From: Chiloscyllium plagiosum
Taxonomy: Eukaryota
Length of the DNA: 64,000 nucleotides
Direction of reading: 5' to 3'
Assembly: GCF_004010195.1 (NCBI RefSeq)
Contig: NC_057720.1
Coordinates: 8,935,491-8,999,490, forward strand
Part shown: piece after piece, positions 49,705-62,039 of the stretch
Layout of the letters: the number at the start of each line of letters is the position of its first letter
Numbering within the stretch: the first letter of the stretch is position 1
Made by a program: the position numbers and the translations under genes
Notes under the pieces: generated by a model
Database searches by the model: none
What the model saw: only the letters and a program-made list of their open reading frames with translations
Told to the model about the DNA's origin: nothing

Positions 49705-50250
49705 TAGCTCCCTGCAGTTTATTACGGTCCTGGGAAGAGCAGTTACCATACTAAGCCATGAAGCATTCTATCCGGATGTGTCACAGCTTCGTACGGCAAT
49801 TGCTCTGCCCAGGACTGTAATAAACTGCAGACAGTTGTGAGCACAGCCCAGTCCATTACACAAGCCAACCACACATCCATTGACTCCATCTACACTCCCA
49901 CTACCTCAGGGATACAGCCAACATCATCTAAGACCACTCTCACCCTGGTTTTAACCTCTTCCAACCTCTTCCATCAGGCTGAAGATATAAAAGTTTATGT
50001 GTATATACCATCAGATTCAAGAACAGCTTCTTCTCCACTGCTATTTGACTTCTGAATGGTCCTCAAATTTTAAATTTAATGTTGAACTCGCTCTTTATGC
50101 ACCTTCTCTATAGCTGTAACATTGTATTCCTCGCTCTGTTCTATTACCCTAATGCACTTTGTATGATATGATCTACCTGTACAGCACGCAAAACAAAACT
50201 TTGCACTGTACCTGGGTATACGTGACAATAATAAATCAAATCAAATCAAA
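49705..50250 (+). mobile_element. Rex1/Babar LINE 3' fragment with inverted 5' duplication
   Basis: tacggcaattgctctgcccaggac (YGNCSAQD); (aaatc)3 tail. Confidence 0.85.
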
Positions 50251-50509
50251 TACTGAGACCATACTATTTCTTTATCTGAATTATTGATTTGGATTTGAGT
50301 GTATAGGGCACAAATTCAAAACTTGAAAGTATATGGAACTGTGAGCAGGATAACGACTGACTTCAAGCAGACACAAGGGCAGACACATGGCTTATGAATT
50401 TTAATGCTGAAAAGTGTGAGGCAACAAATTTTAGTCGGAAGGGTGAGGAAAGGGAATATAAAATGGATGGTACACTTCAAAACTGGGTGGAGGAATACGG
50501 GGACTTGGG

Positions 50510-50830
50510 ACTTATGGTATTGTCACTGGGCTAGTAGCTTAGAATTCCAGGCTGATGTTATACTGAGATGGGTTCAAATCCCACCCCCAGAAGACGGTGA
50601 AATTTGAATTCAATAAAAAGAAAGTGAAATTTAAAAATTGGTCCAATCGTGACCATTGAATCACGATTGGACCAATCGTGACCAGGGAATCTGCCATCTT
50701 TACCTGGTCTGGTCTACATGCAATTGTAGTCCCATAGAAATGTGGGTGACCCTTAACTTCCATCTGGGTAGGGGTGAGCATTAAATGCTGGCCTAGCTAA
50801 TAATGCCCATATTCCATAAGCAGATAAAGA
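50510..50830 (+). mobile_element. tRNA-SINE family B
   Basis: gggttcaaatccc B box; ctgccatctttacctggtctgg. Confidence 0.7.
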
Positions 50831-50849
50831 AAAATTGCTTAAGCACAAG

Positions 50850-51570
50850 AATTGATAGAATCCTTAGCAGCATCATTAAAAAGAGGGATCTGGGCATACA
50901 GGTCCACAGTTCTCTGAAAGTGGGAACACAAAGGGATGGGGTGGTCAAGATGGCATACAACATGCTTGTCATCATTGGTCAGGGCATAGTGTAGAAAAGT
51001 TGGTGAATCTTGTTGCACCTGTACAGAACTTAAATCAGTCCACACGCACAATATCGTGTACAATTCTGATTGCCACAATGCTAGAAGGATGTGAAGGCTT
51101 TGGAAAAACGCTTTACCAGAACGTTGCCTGATTTGGGGATATTAGCTATGAGGACAGATTGGACAAACTTGATTTATATTCACTCAAATGTCAAAGCATG
51201 AGGATGACCGAATAGAGATTAACAAAATTATGAGAGATATTGTTAGAATGGGTAGGCAGAGTCTTTTTCTCAGTAGACATGTCAATTGCTCGGGAACATA
51301 TGTTTAAGGTGAAAAATGATAAGTTTAAAGGAGATGTGAGAGGCAGGTTTTTTTCTGCAAGAGTGCCTGGAATGTGCTGCCAGAGGAGATGGTGGAACGA
51401 TGTATAACAGCAACATTTCAGAGTCATCAAAACAGATATATGAATAGGCAGAGAATAGAGGGATACGGAGCACATCGGGAGAAAAGCTTTTTTGTTTAAC
51501 AAGGCATCATGGATCAGCACAGTCTTGGTGGGCTGAAGGGCCTGTTCCTGTGCTGTATTATTCTTTATTT
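50850..51570 (+). mobile_element. CR1 LINE 3' fragment
   Basis: KRDLGIQVHSSLKV; tail gctgaagggcctgttcctgtgctgt. Confidence 0.8.
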
Positions 51571-52419
51571 GTTGCTCTAAAGGTGGCAGGAGTGTCACAA
51601 ATTTGATTAGGAAAAGGGGTAGGGTTTATGCTGTAATATCATATCAGCTAATTAAAAAAATTATTGAAAATGCTATATGTGATCCTGGGTTTTTTGAATA
51701 GAAATGTAAAGTACAAAGGCAACAAAGACATGCTGATCTCTCTAAAATTCTGTTTCAAACTTAACTTGTATATTGTGTTCAGCTCTGAGCACTCCCCTAT
51801 AGCTAGGACTTGATATTGTACTGAAAAGATTTACAAGAATGAATCCAGGGATGAAAAACTTCCGTTGCATACATAGTTTGGAAAAGCTGGGGCTGGTTAC
51901 AGATAGTTAAGAGTAGATTTGATGGGGAAGTTTTCAGCTCTGGAGCATCTAAAGAGAGTAGATGGGGAACAATAGGACACTTGGCAGAAGGATAAGGATC
52001 CAGATTTAATTTGAGGCAAAAGACCCAGCAATAACACAAAAGGAAATGTTTTTACAGCAACAAAGATTAGAATCTCAAGGACATTTCCTCAGAAACTGAG
52101 GTAAATGCAGATGCATCAATAGCTTTCAAAAGGGAATTTAATAAGCACCTTTTAGGGAATAGAAAATTTAAAGGTCTGTAAGAGAAGTAGAGCTAGCTGA
52201 ATTGCACTTACGGACAGCTAGCATATATGTAATGGATCAAATGGCCTCCTTCTGTTCTGTAGATATTCCATGATTCTGTTACTGTGCGATGTCACCTGTG
52301 TGCAAATTAGCAGCTTTCTCACAACATTGCAACAATAACTATATTTCAGAAGTACTTCATTGCTTGTAAAATTCTTTCAGACCTCTGAAATTGCAGAAGA
52401 TGCTATCTAAGTACAAATC

Positions 52420-52610
52420 TTCTCTCCTACCTTCCTACCTTCCTTTCTTTATTTGTTTCTTTCTTCCTTCCTTCTTTCCTTTTCTCTCTCTTTCTTTCTT
52501 CATCTCTCTATCTTTCTTCCCATGCCTTTCCTTTCCTTCATTTTCATTCTTTCCTTACTTTTCATTCTTTCTATCCTTTCTTTCTTCCATTCCTGCACTC
52601 CATCCTTTCT
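52420..52610. repeat. Low-complexity CT-rich polypyrimidine tract
   Basis: Degenerate TTCC/TTTC repeats. Confidence 0.9.
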
Positions 52611-53354
52611 CTTGTCAGTTTGTTAATCTTGTGCATTACCACGAAGGTAATATTTTTCATTGGCACTCTCAATTCTCTTTTGAAATTCCAAAAGCATGAG
52701 AGCTCCAAGGCGTCCTTGCGATTGTCTCTGGATTGACAACTGCGCTTACTTATTTTCACAAGGCTTCAGTTCCTGACTGCTACAGATCAGCCTCTTCTGT
52801 GTAGGAACTCTTGTTCTGACTAACAACCAGCAGTAACCACCGGCAGCAGTTCCTAAGACAAGAGCTGTTTCAAGCAGCTGGTTCCTTGCTTCATTATGCC
52901 TGTCTGTGTCTCTCAAGTCGCATTCCTCCTCACCACCACCTGTGTTCAACTCATTTGCAAAAGGGAAAAAAAAAATGTTGACACCATCATTGCTGGAATC
53001 AGCAACAAGCTCGCTAAGCAGAGAGATGCAGCCTGCTCATCTGCTATCCATATCAGTGAGAAGGGCTTTATTAAACTGAGGCAGACAAGGGGAAGGAAAA
53101 AAGCAAGCCTGGGCTAAAAGGAATGGAAATATTTTCAATTGTGAATCGCTTAACTGTCTCGCTGTTTTCAGTTGCAAGTAACATCTCAAAACTTTTGGAT
53201 GGAATTTGCTGTTTAAGTAAAAGTGAGGCAAATGGCTGTCATCTGTGTATCAGCCCAATTTGTTACTGACGCTTCCAATGAGGAGCAGGTGCATGGTTAA
53301 ATGTTAATGTCTTAATGCTGCTGTCCAACTTTCGACACTCATCACCTAACTTTT

Positions 53355-53676
53355 GATTAGGTTAGATTCCCTACAGTGTGGAAACAGACCCTTCGGCCCA
53401 ACAAGTCCACACTGACCCTCCGAAGAGCAACCCACCCAGACTCATTCCCTTACATTTACCCCTGACTAATGCACCTAACATTGCGGGCAATTTAGCATGG
53501 CCAGTTCACCCAACCTGCACATCTTTGTGACTGTGGGAGGAACCCGCAGCACCCGGAGGAAACCCATGGGGAGAATGTGCAACCTTCACACAGGCAGTTG
53601 GCTGAGGCGGGAATTGAACCTGGGTCCCTGGCGCTGTGAAGCAGCAGTGCTAACCACTGAGCCACCGTACCACCCC
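53355..53676 (-). mobile_element. HE1-type V-SINE
   Basis: Head, V domain and tail; a more decayed copy lies at 54135-54437. Confidence 0.9.
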
Positions 53677-54841
53677 ATAGTATTTTGCTGTGACAGTTGT
53701 TCATTTTCAGTATTAAATACTGTCATCAATCTCTAACATGCAAAAATGTTTATTTTATAGATGTAGAGCCTCATTCCCTCAGGTCTGAATTGTTCAATGA
53801 GATTTTTAAAAATGTCAAATTTGCAATTAAACCAAAAGTTTGAGTTTTCTTTCTGTCTTTTTATTTATCTCAATTCAATCACTTAATTTCCCTGCTGTTA
53901 TGAAGACATGTTCATTGACTTGAGTTAGATATTGGAGTTTTGAAATAACATTTTAAAGAAAGCAAGGCTGTTCACTGAACTGAATTAAAATAGCCATACA
54001 TTTGTGTTTCTGTATGTCATGTTCCATTTAATTGTGATGGAGAATTGGGCAGAATTTCGCAATTTCAGTTAAAGTGTTTTCTCCAGTAAGTTTCAGGATT
54101 TTCCAGATTGATAATGGCGAGGAGTGATCTTTCATAGAATCACTGAGGAAGGAGGTCATTCAGCCCATTGGGTGCACAACAAACCTCAGAGTAACATCCC
54201 ATCTAGACCCACTCCATGGCTAACTCACCTAGCCTGTACGTCCCCTAGACATTCAAGGCAATTTCCTACGGCCAATCCACCTAACCTGCACACCCTTGGA
54301 CTTTGGGAGGAAACTGGAGCACCTGTGGGAACCCACACAGGCAGTGGGAAATTGTGCAAATGCCATACAGAAAGCTGCCCGAGAGTGGAATCGAACCTAG
54401 GTCCCTGGGGCTGCAGTGCTAACCACCATGCCACCCACTTTCTTACACAATTGTTCTTCTTCTACTACCTTGTTAAATTATACAATGAGGCTCTTGGATT
54501 CCCTTCTCATGGAATTATCCAGCAGGAGAGACTGAAATGCTTATTATTGTTGAGACTTTGTGATATTCGCACCATTGACACCATGTTTAAAGCCCAGCTG
54601 TTTACCATTTCAGATGTTCTGTTATGGATCAGACCAAATTCCCTTAAAACATATCAGTGAGCTAACCTCAACCCTAACTTTGCCTTATTTAAAGGCAACT
54701 GCTATGGAAAGGATATTATTAACATGCAGAGAGTTCAGGAAAGATTTACCAAGATGTTGCCAGGAATGCACGGTTTGAGATCTAAAAGTAGGCTGGGACT
54801 TATTTTGTTAAAGCATATCACATTGATGGGTGACCTTATAA

Positions 54842-55155
54842 AGTTGATTTTAACCTTACTGCGAATCCTCTTGCAAGGATGCCTACCTTGAAGAAGTTCT
54901 CCTCCTCTCTCCACAAGAATCTCAGTGAGTCTCTCTCTCACTGCAACCCCCAGGTACTCTTTGCTACCTTCTCCCCAACCCCACCCCCCCCACTTATCTC
55001 TCCAACCTGGAGGCTCCCTGCCTGTATTCCTGATGTAGGGCTTTTGCCCAAAACTTCGATTTTCCTGCTCCTCGGATGCTGCCTGACCTGCTGTGCTTTT
55101 CCAGCACCACTCTAATCTAAACTCTGGTTTCCAGCATCTGCAGTCCTCGCTTTTG
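54842..55155 (+). mobile_element. ORF-deleted mini-Penelope nested in a CR1 fragment (54700-55315)
   Basis: Putative ORF start MPTLKKFSSSLHKNLSESLSHCNPQV fused to the 3' terminal repeat with a decayed hammerhead; homologous to 35260-35530. Confidence 0.82.
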
Positions 55156-55409
55156 CAACATTTAAAAGACATTTGGATACTACATGAGTAAGAAATGCTT
55201 GGAGGGATATGGGCAAATGCAGGCATATGGGACTAGTTTAGTTTGCGAACTTGGTTCAGATGGACTGATTGGACCAAAGGGGCTGTTTGCATGCTCTATG
55301 ACTGTATGACTCTAAATATTAGGTGCTGCATTTCAGAGAGAGAGAGATGTATCTAAAAGCTTCATCTTGAAAAACCCCAACTTCAACAACTGAAAGCAAA
55401 ACCAAAACC

Positions 55410-55535
55410 CCCGATGAAGGGCTTAGGCCTGAAACATCGATTCTACTTCTCCTTGGATGCTGCCTGACCTGCTGTGCTTTTCCAGCAACACATTATCGAC
55501 TCTGATCTCCAGCATCTGCAGTCCTCACTTTCTCC
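55410..55535 (+). mobile_element. PLE family 1 terminal repeat
   Basis: ccgatgaagggcttaggcctGAAAcatcg...gcagtcctcactttctcct. Confidence 0.8.
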
Positions 55536-55599
55536 TGTCTGAAGGAAGTTTCAAGATTCACTTGGAAGTATTTCTGTAGACATAGCAACTTCATTTGAA

Positions 55600-57110
55600 A
55601 ACGACAAAAAAATGAAATCAATGCAGATGCTGTAAATCAGAAATAAAAACCAGAAATTGCTGGAAGAGCTCAGCAGGTCTGGCAGCACCTGTGGAGAGAA
55701 ATCAGAGTCAATGTTTTGAGTCTGTGACCCTTTTTCAGAACTGACGGTAATGCAGAAATGTTGCTTTTTATGCAGAAGACAGGGTGGGGGGAGGGGGTAA
55801 GGAGTAAATGATAGGTGGCAATAGACCCCAACAAGAGATTAAAAACAGTTTGACAGACAGAGGAGTGGATTAAGATCAGCGTGCAGAATAGCTTGCTGCT
55901 CATGAGGACTGTTTGTAGCTGGCAATGCGTTGTGTGTGGCAGCAGCCTGTGTGATGACACAGCCTGGTGTATGGGGGTGGAGCAAAGTGTGAGGCAAGGT
56001 GCCTGAAGCTCTAAAATTGTTGAATTTGATATTGAGTTAGTGCATGTTCCTAGCTCCTTGAGATTAGAGTCGCAGGTAGATAGGATAGTGAAGAAAGCGT
56101 TTGGTATGCTTTCCTTTATTGGTCAGAGTATTGAGTACAGGGGTTGGGAGGTCATGTTGCGACTGTACAGGACATTGGTTAGCCCTCTTTTGAAATATTG
56201 TGTGCAATTCTCGTCTCCTTCCTATCGGAAGGATTTTGTGAAACTGGAAAGGGTTCAGAAAAGATTTACAAGGATGTTGCCGGGGTTAGAGAGTTCGAGC
56301 TATAGGGAGAGGCTGAGCAGGCTGGGGCTGTTTTCCCTGGAGGGTCAGAGGCTGAGGGGTGACCTTATAGAGGTTGATAAAATCATGAGGGGTATGGATA
56401 GGATAAATAGTCAAGGCCTTTTCCCTAGGGTGGGTGAGTCCAGAACTAGAGGGCATAAGTTTAGGATGAGAGGTGAAAGATATAAAAGAGACCTAAGGGG
56501 CAACATTTTCAAGCAGAGGGTGGTACAGGTATGGAATGAGTTGCCAGAGGAAGTGGTGGAGGCTGGAACAATTACAACATTTAAAAGGCATCTGGATGAG
56601 TATATTGCTAGGAAGGGTTTGGAGGGAAATAGGCTGGGTGCTGGCAGGTGGGACTAGATTGAGTTGGGATGTCTGGTCGGCATGGATGAGTTAGTCTGTT
56701 TCCGTGCTGTACATCTCTATGACTCGCCAAGCAGAAAATGAAGTGCTGTTCTTCCAGCTTGCACTGAGCTTTGCTGGAGCACTGCAGCAAGTCTGAGACA
56801 GAGACATTGGCCAGGGAACCGGGTGGGCAGTCTACTGGAGACTCATGGTCTTTGTTGCAGACAGAACGCAGGTGTTCTGCAAATCCTATGCTTCATTTCT
56901 CTAATGTGGATACTCTGATACTCTGAGTAGTGAATGCAGTGGACTAGATTGAGTGAAGTTCTGGTGAATCACTGTTTCACCTGGAAGGTTTGTTTGGAGC
57001 CTGGGACAGTGAGGTGGGAGGAGGTAAATGGGAGGTAAAGTGTAAGTGGAAGGTGTTATGGGACTGTGGGATGTGTTGGGAGTGTAGGGTAGTGGTGGAC
57101 TGGAGTGTCC
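55600..57110 (-). mobile_element. PLE family 2 3' fragment interrupted by a CR1
   Basis: QCKLEEQHFIFCL (56608-56790 ORF) resumes beyond the CR1 insert; terminal repeat at 55600-55745. Confidence 0.72.
56040..56725 (+). mobile_element. HER1/CR1 LINE 3' fragment with an uninterrupted 205-codon RT C-terminal frame
   Basis: ORF 56040-56657; 5'-truncated, lacks the catalytic core. Confidence 0.92.
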
Positions 57111-57225
57111 ATTTAAACAGTTTGAGACAGGTGGCCTCTAAGAAATGGGAGAGCTTACAAGTGAATAAACTAAGTAGTGTGGTAAATCATGCTTTGTGAT
57201 ATAAGTTTTTTTTAAGTTTAGAGGG

Positions 57226-57350
57226 AAAGCAACTTATCAGTTTTAGAATTCTATACCTGGGAGAGTAACGTATCAGTTTCAGTTTCAGTTTTAGAATTCT
57301 ATACGTGGGAGAGCAACTTATCAGTTTTAATTTCAGTTTTGGAATTCTAC
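57226..57350. repeat. Minisatellite, 3 copies of a 37-49 bp unit
   Basis: ga(a/g)agcaacttatcagtttt[cagttt]n agaattctatacctgg. Confidence 0.85.
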
Positions 57351-57359
57351 AGGGTTTTA

Positions 57360-59630
57360 AAAAAAAGATGGATGCATAAAGAGGTTTCTTGAGAGAAATG
57401 GAAAAAATGAATTAGATCTGTTAAAAATAAATAATGTAATTAAGGACAAAAGGGTAACTAAGGAGGAACTAGGGCCCCTTAAAGATCAGTAAGATTGCCT
57501 ATGTGTGGAACCGCAGGAAATGGGGGAGATACTAAACAAACATTTTGCACCAGTGCTTACTGTGGAGAAGGACATGGAAGATGTAGAACGTGAGGAAATA
57601 AAAAATGACATCTTGAAAATTGTCCATATTACATAGGAGGAGGTGCTGGATGTCATAAAATGCATAAAGGTGGATGAATCTCTGGGACCTGATCAGGTGT
57701 ACCCTAGAACTTTGTGGGAAGCTAGGGAAATGATTGCTGGGCTCCTTGCTGAGATATTTGTATTACTGGAAGACTAGAGCTTGGCTAAAGTGGTGCCACT
57801 GTTTAGGAAGGGTGGTAATGAAAAACAAGGGAACTATAGACCAGCGAGCCCGACATCAGTGGTGAACAAGTTGATGGAGAGAATTCTGAGGGACAGGATT
57901 GTCATGTATTTGGAAGGCAACAATTGATTATGGATAGTCAACATGGCTTTGTGTGTGGGAAATTGTGTCTCACTAACTTTATTAAGTTTTTTGAAGAAGA
58001 TTGATGAAGGCAGAGTGGTGGACGTGATCTGTATGAACTTCAGTAAGGTTCCTTATGGTAGACTGGTTAGCAAGGTTAGATCACGTAGAAGAGTGGGAGA
58101 ACTAGCCATTTGGATACAGAGCTGGCTCAAAGGTAGGAGACAGAGGGTGGTAGTGGAGGATTACCTTTCAGACTGGAGGCCTGTGACTAGTGGTGTGCCA
58201 CAAGGATCGGTGCTGGGACCACTGAGTTTCATCATTTATATAAATTGTTCTGTTGTGAATATAAGAGGTATGGTTAGTAAGTTTGCAGATGACACCAAAA
58301 TTGGAGGTGTAGTGGACAGTGAAGAAAGTTACCTCAGAGTGAAATGGGACCTTGATCAGATGGGCCGGTGGGCCAATTGGCAGATGCAGTTTAATTTATT
58401 ATTTATTTTAATTAATTTGATTTATGTAGTCATGTGTACCTGAGTACAGTGAAAAACTTTGTCTCGCGAGCAGTACAGGCATGTCATCGCAAACAAGTGC
58501 ATACAGAGCATCGGGTGCCAAGACAGAATGAGGTATACAGATTACACTGCACACGAAGGACACAAAGCAGGATCAACATTAACAAGATCAACATCATTTA
58601 AAGTTAGAGAGTCCATTCATCAGTCTACTAACTGCAGGGAAGGAGCTGTTCTTGAACCTGTTGGTGTATGTGTTCAGGCTTCTGTATCTTCTGCCTGATG
58701 GAAGAGGTTATAGGAGAGCATTACTGAGGTAGATGGGGTCTTTGATGATGATGGCAGCCTTTCCACGGGAACGAGCTGTGTAAATGGAGTCCATGGATGG
58801 GAGGTTGGTTTCTGTGATGGTCTGGGCTGTGCACACAACTCTGTAATTTCTTACAGACCTGGGCAGAGCAGTTGCTTTCTATGGTGCATCTGTAAATGTT
58901 GGTGAGGGTCCTTATGGACAGCTGAATTTCCTTAGTCTTCTGAGGAAGAAGTGGTGTTGTTGTGCCTTCTTGACTATTGTATCTACTTGGGAAGTACAGG
59001 ACAGGTTGTCAGCTGTCGACACTCCAAGGAACTTGACGCTCTCCATCCTCTCAACCTCCGTTCTGTTGATGTAGATAAGGGTGTGTCCTCTTCCATCTTT
59101 TCTGAAATCAGTGATCAGAGATTTCATTTTGCTGACATTGAGAGAGGTTGTTATCATTGCATTACAACACTAAGCCCTCTATCTCCTCTCTGTGTTTTGA
59201 CTCCTCGTTCTTTGATATCTGTCATATCATAAGATAATTTAGATAAATGTGAGGTGCTGAATTTTGGAAAGGCAAATCAGGGCAGGACTAACATACCTAA
59301 TGGTTTAGGTCCTAGGGAGTGTTGCTGATAAAAGAGACTTTAGAGTGTCGGTTCATAGTTCCTTGAAAGTGGAGTTGTAGGTAGACAGGATAATGAAGAA
59401 GACATTTGGTATGCTGTTCTTTATTGTTCAGAGTATTGAGTACAGGAGTTGGGAGGCCATGTTGCGGCTGTACAGGACATTGGTTAGGCCACAGTTGGAA
59501 TATTGCATGCAATTCTGGTCTCCTTCCTATCGGAAAGATGTTGTGAAACTTGAAAGGGTTCAGAAAAGATTTAGACGGATGTTGCTAGGGTGGAGGATTT
59601 GAGCTATACGGAGCAGTTGAATAGGCTTAT
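57360..59630 (+). mobile_element. HER1/CR1 LINE RT region split by a Rex1 insertion
   Basis: SGVPQGSVLGP, KFADDTK, WQMQFN before the insert; aatttagataaatgtgagg resumes at ~59236. Confidence 0.9.
58395..59230 (-). mobile_element. Rex1/Babar LINE 3' fragment
   Basis: LNVSKMKSLITDFRK...VKFLGV...KKAQQHHFFLRRLRKF. Confidence 0.88.
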
Positions 59631-59989
59631 TTTGATTGAAGGATAGTTGTTGATCAGGACACTGGGATATCTTCACTGTTCCTATCTAAACAATTTTTCC
59701 AGTGATCTTTTGCACACTTGGTCCTGCACGAGAGTGTCATCCTAGTGTTTTATCTTCACAGTGAACTTGAAGCCTCACTGAGTCAGAGGTCAGAGTGTGA
59801 CCCATTGATCACAGATGGCATGAAAAGGAAAATTGTACCTGGATCTAATGTTTCATACAAAAGTCATAGTCACTAACCGAGCCTCACTTTCTTATGACTG
59901 GACCTAACATGGCTGCTGAGGTAATGTGCGCAAGTCCCTGGGGTGGGACTCAAACCATGTGGTTAGCATTCAGCAGAATTTTGAAGGAT

Positions 59990-60335
59990 GAGCGAGGAGT
60001 TTGATTAATGCTTACAGAATACTGAGAGACCTGGACAGGTTGGACATGGAGAAGATGTTTTCACGAGTAGGAAAGACTGGAATCTGAAGGAACAGGCTTG
60101 GAGTGAAGGGACAACCCTTTGGAACTGAGATGAGAAGGATTTATTCAGGTAAACCTGGGAAACTCATTGTCGCAGAAGACAACTGAGTGTATTTAGGACA
60201 AAGCCAAATAGGTTCTTTCTTAGTAAGGGCATCAAAGGTTATGGGGAGAAGGCAGGAGAATAAGAAACATTTCAGTCATGATCAAATGCTGGAGCAGATT
60301 CAATGGGCCAAATGTCCTCATTCTGCTCCTACTTC
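59990..60335 (+). mobile_element. Older CR1 3' fragment
   Basis: Related to 1796-2128; tail attctgctcctact. Confidence 0.7.
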
Positions 60336-61089
60336 TGATAGAATGCTTGCTAGAAGTCCATAAAGCTATCACCCGAAGATGGAAGAAAGGAAAGAAGGAA
60401 CTTGTATCTATCTACTGTCTCTTAAACATCTAACAGTACATGTGCTGAAGTGCACGTGTAGTTGTCATTAATATGTAAATATGACCCAAAGAAAACCCCA
60501 CACCGTGAAGTTCTATGAGCATCATCATGACTGATTAGTCGTTTTGATTTGACTGTGTTTGTTGAAAAAGGAATGTTGATCAGGAAAACTCCCTTCATGG
60601 CGAAACAAGATCTTTAAAACCATCATCCTAGGCTGACAGACCTGAACATAAAATCTAATCTCAGGTAATCCATTGTCACTCACTAAAATTTCCGGAGGCT
60701 CGGAGGCTCAAAAATAAGGCTGTCGTTATATTTTAGATATCAGTTCCATCTGCTGTAGGTAAAGTATTCCTCAGCCTTTTGAAAAGGGGGTAATAAAACA
60801 TCTTTACAATTGCAGTTAATAGGAGTCAGCATGAGTTTACGAATTCTTCCGGGTTTTTGGAAGATAACACAGACCTTATTGACAGAAGAAATTCAGTCAA
60901 TGTTTAGATTGCAACAAGGCTTTTGTTAACTGGCTCAACGCAATCATTTAGTCTGTATGTTGTGTGGTATGGAATAGTCACGGAGTCTGAGCATCCATTC
61001 ACTGTCGCTTTTGGCAGATGTCAGCGGTAGCTGAGAGTATTCTCTTTTTCAAGATTTGGCTTCAACTCCCACGCTATAATCAAAAGCAC

Positions 61090-61465
61090 ATAGAGTCATA
61101 GAGTCATGCAGCACAGAAACAGACCCTTCAGTCCAACCAGTCTATGCAGAACATAATCCCAAACTAAACTAGCCCCATCCATCTGCCTGCTCCTGTCAAA
61201 TATACTTCCAAACCTTTCCTATTCATGTACTTATCCAAATGTCTTTTAAATGTTGTAATTGTCCCACATCCACCTCTTCCTCAGGAAGTTCATTTCACAC
61301 GCGAACTGCTCTCTGTGTGATAAGTTTGCTTCTTACGTCTTTTTTAAATCTCTCTCCTCTCACCTTAAAAATGTGGCCCCTCATCTTGAAATCCCCCATC
61401 CTAGGGAAAAGACAACTACCATTAACACTATCTATACCCCTCAATATTTTACAAACTTCTGTCAG
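61090..61465 (-). mobile_element. HER1/CR1 LINE 3' end
   Basis: (catagagt)n tail; RT C-terminus. Confidence 0.85.
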
Positions 61466-62039
61466 ACACAATCACAACTCCTGGTTTACAGATGCCACAC
61501 TATAGTGCAATAATACTGCACAATTCTGACCCAGTACTTAAAAATGTGCGCAAAACCAAGATTCTGCTATAATTCATGTGCTACAGGTTGACAACAGGAT
61601 GTCGTTCTGAAGACAGCCTGTCTCACATTCTCAGGGGAAAGAGACTAGAGTGAGTAATATTGACAACAGGAGAGGAAAGGACCAACAACAATGATGCAGC
61701 TTGAAGGCATCAAAATCTGAATACAAAAAATGGAAAGCTTGTGATATTTGACAATGCAACAAACTCTTTAAAGATTAAATGGCCTGAAAAGCTACTCCCA
61801 AGGGTTGAACGGACTAGTAGGTTTGAGTTTTTTGCATTGTCTATGAGCAAGCTAACCACAAGTGTCGAAAGTGCTTTCTTTGAAAATCCTTGTCTAGACA
61901 AAAAGCCCTGAAACATTCATAGATAATTAGTTGGACTCCACAAAGGACCATAAGCATTGTTCTCTGTTGCAGCATGACAGGCAAATCATTAAGAAAGCAA
62001 ATGGAACATTCACATTTTATCGGGTCATGCAGTAATGGA

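Larger units (their letters stand above)
48290..52270 (+). mobile_element. Ancient CR1 LINE broken by at least four younger insertions
   Basis: Ordered remnants: caactatatgccaactagttta (NYxPxSL-like), gtagatttccaaaaggcatttgacaaagtg (DFQKAFDKV), tattgtgttcag, tail aatggcctccttctgttctgt. Confidence 0.6.

Noticed and set aside
1471..53676. tRNA genes at A/B-box motifs
   Set aside because: All are SINE heads continuing into a V domain or SINE body, with no complete cloverleaf.
54124..54660. 178-aa ORF
   Set aside because: Mostly an antisense read-through of a decayed V-SINE.
56040..56657. 205-aa ORF as a host or domesticated gene
   Set aside because: It is the RT C-terminus of a young 5'-truncated CR1, has no ATG start or catalytic core, and matches many other copies.
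57226..57350. CRISPR-like array
   Set aside because: Direct tandem units with cagttt slippage, no unique spacers, no cas genes, and a eukaryotic context.
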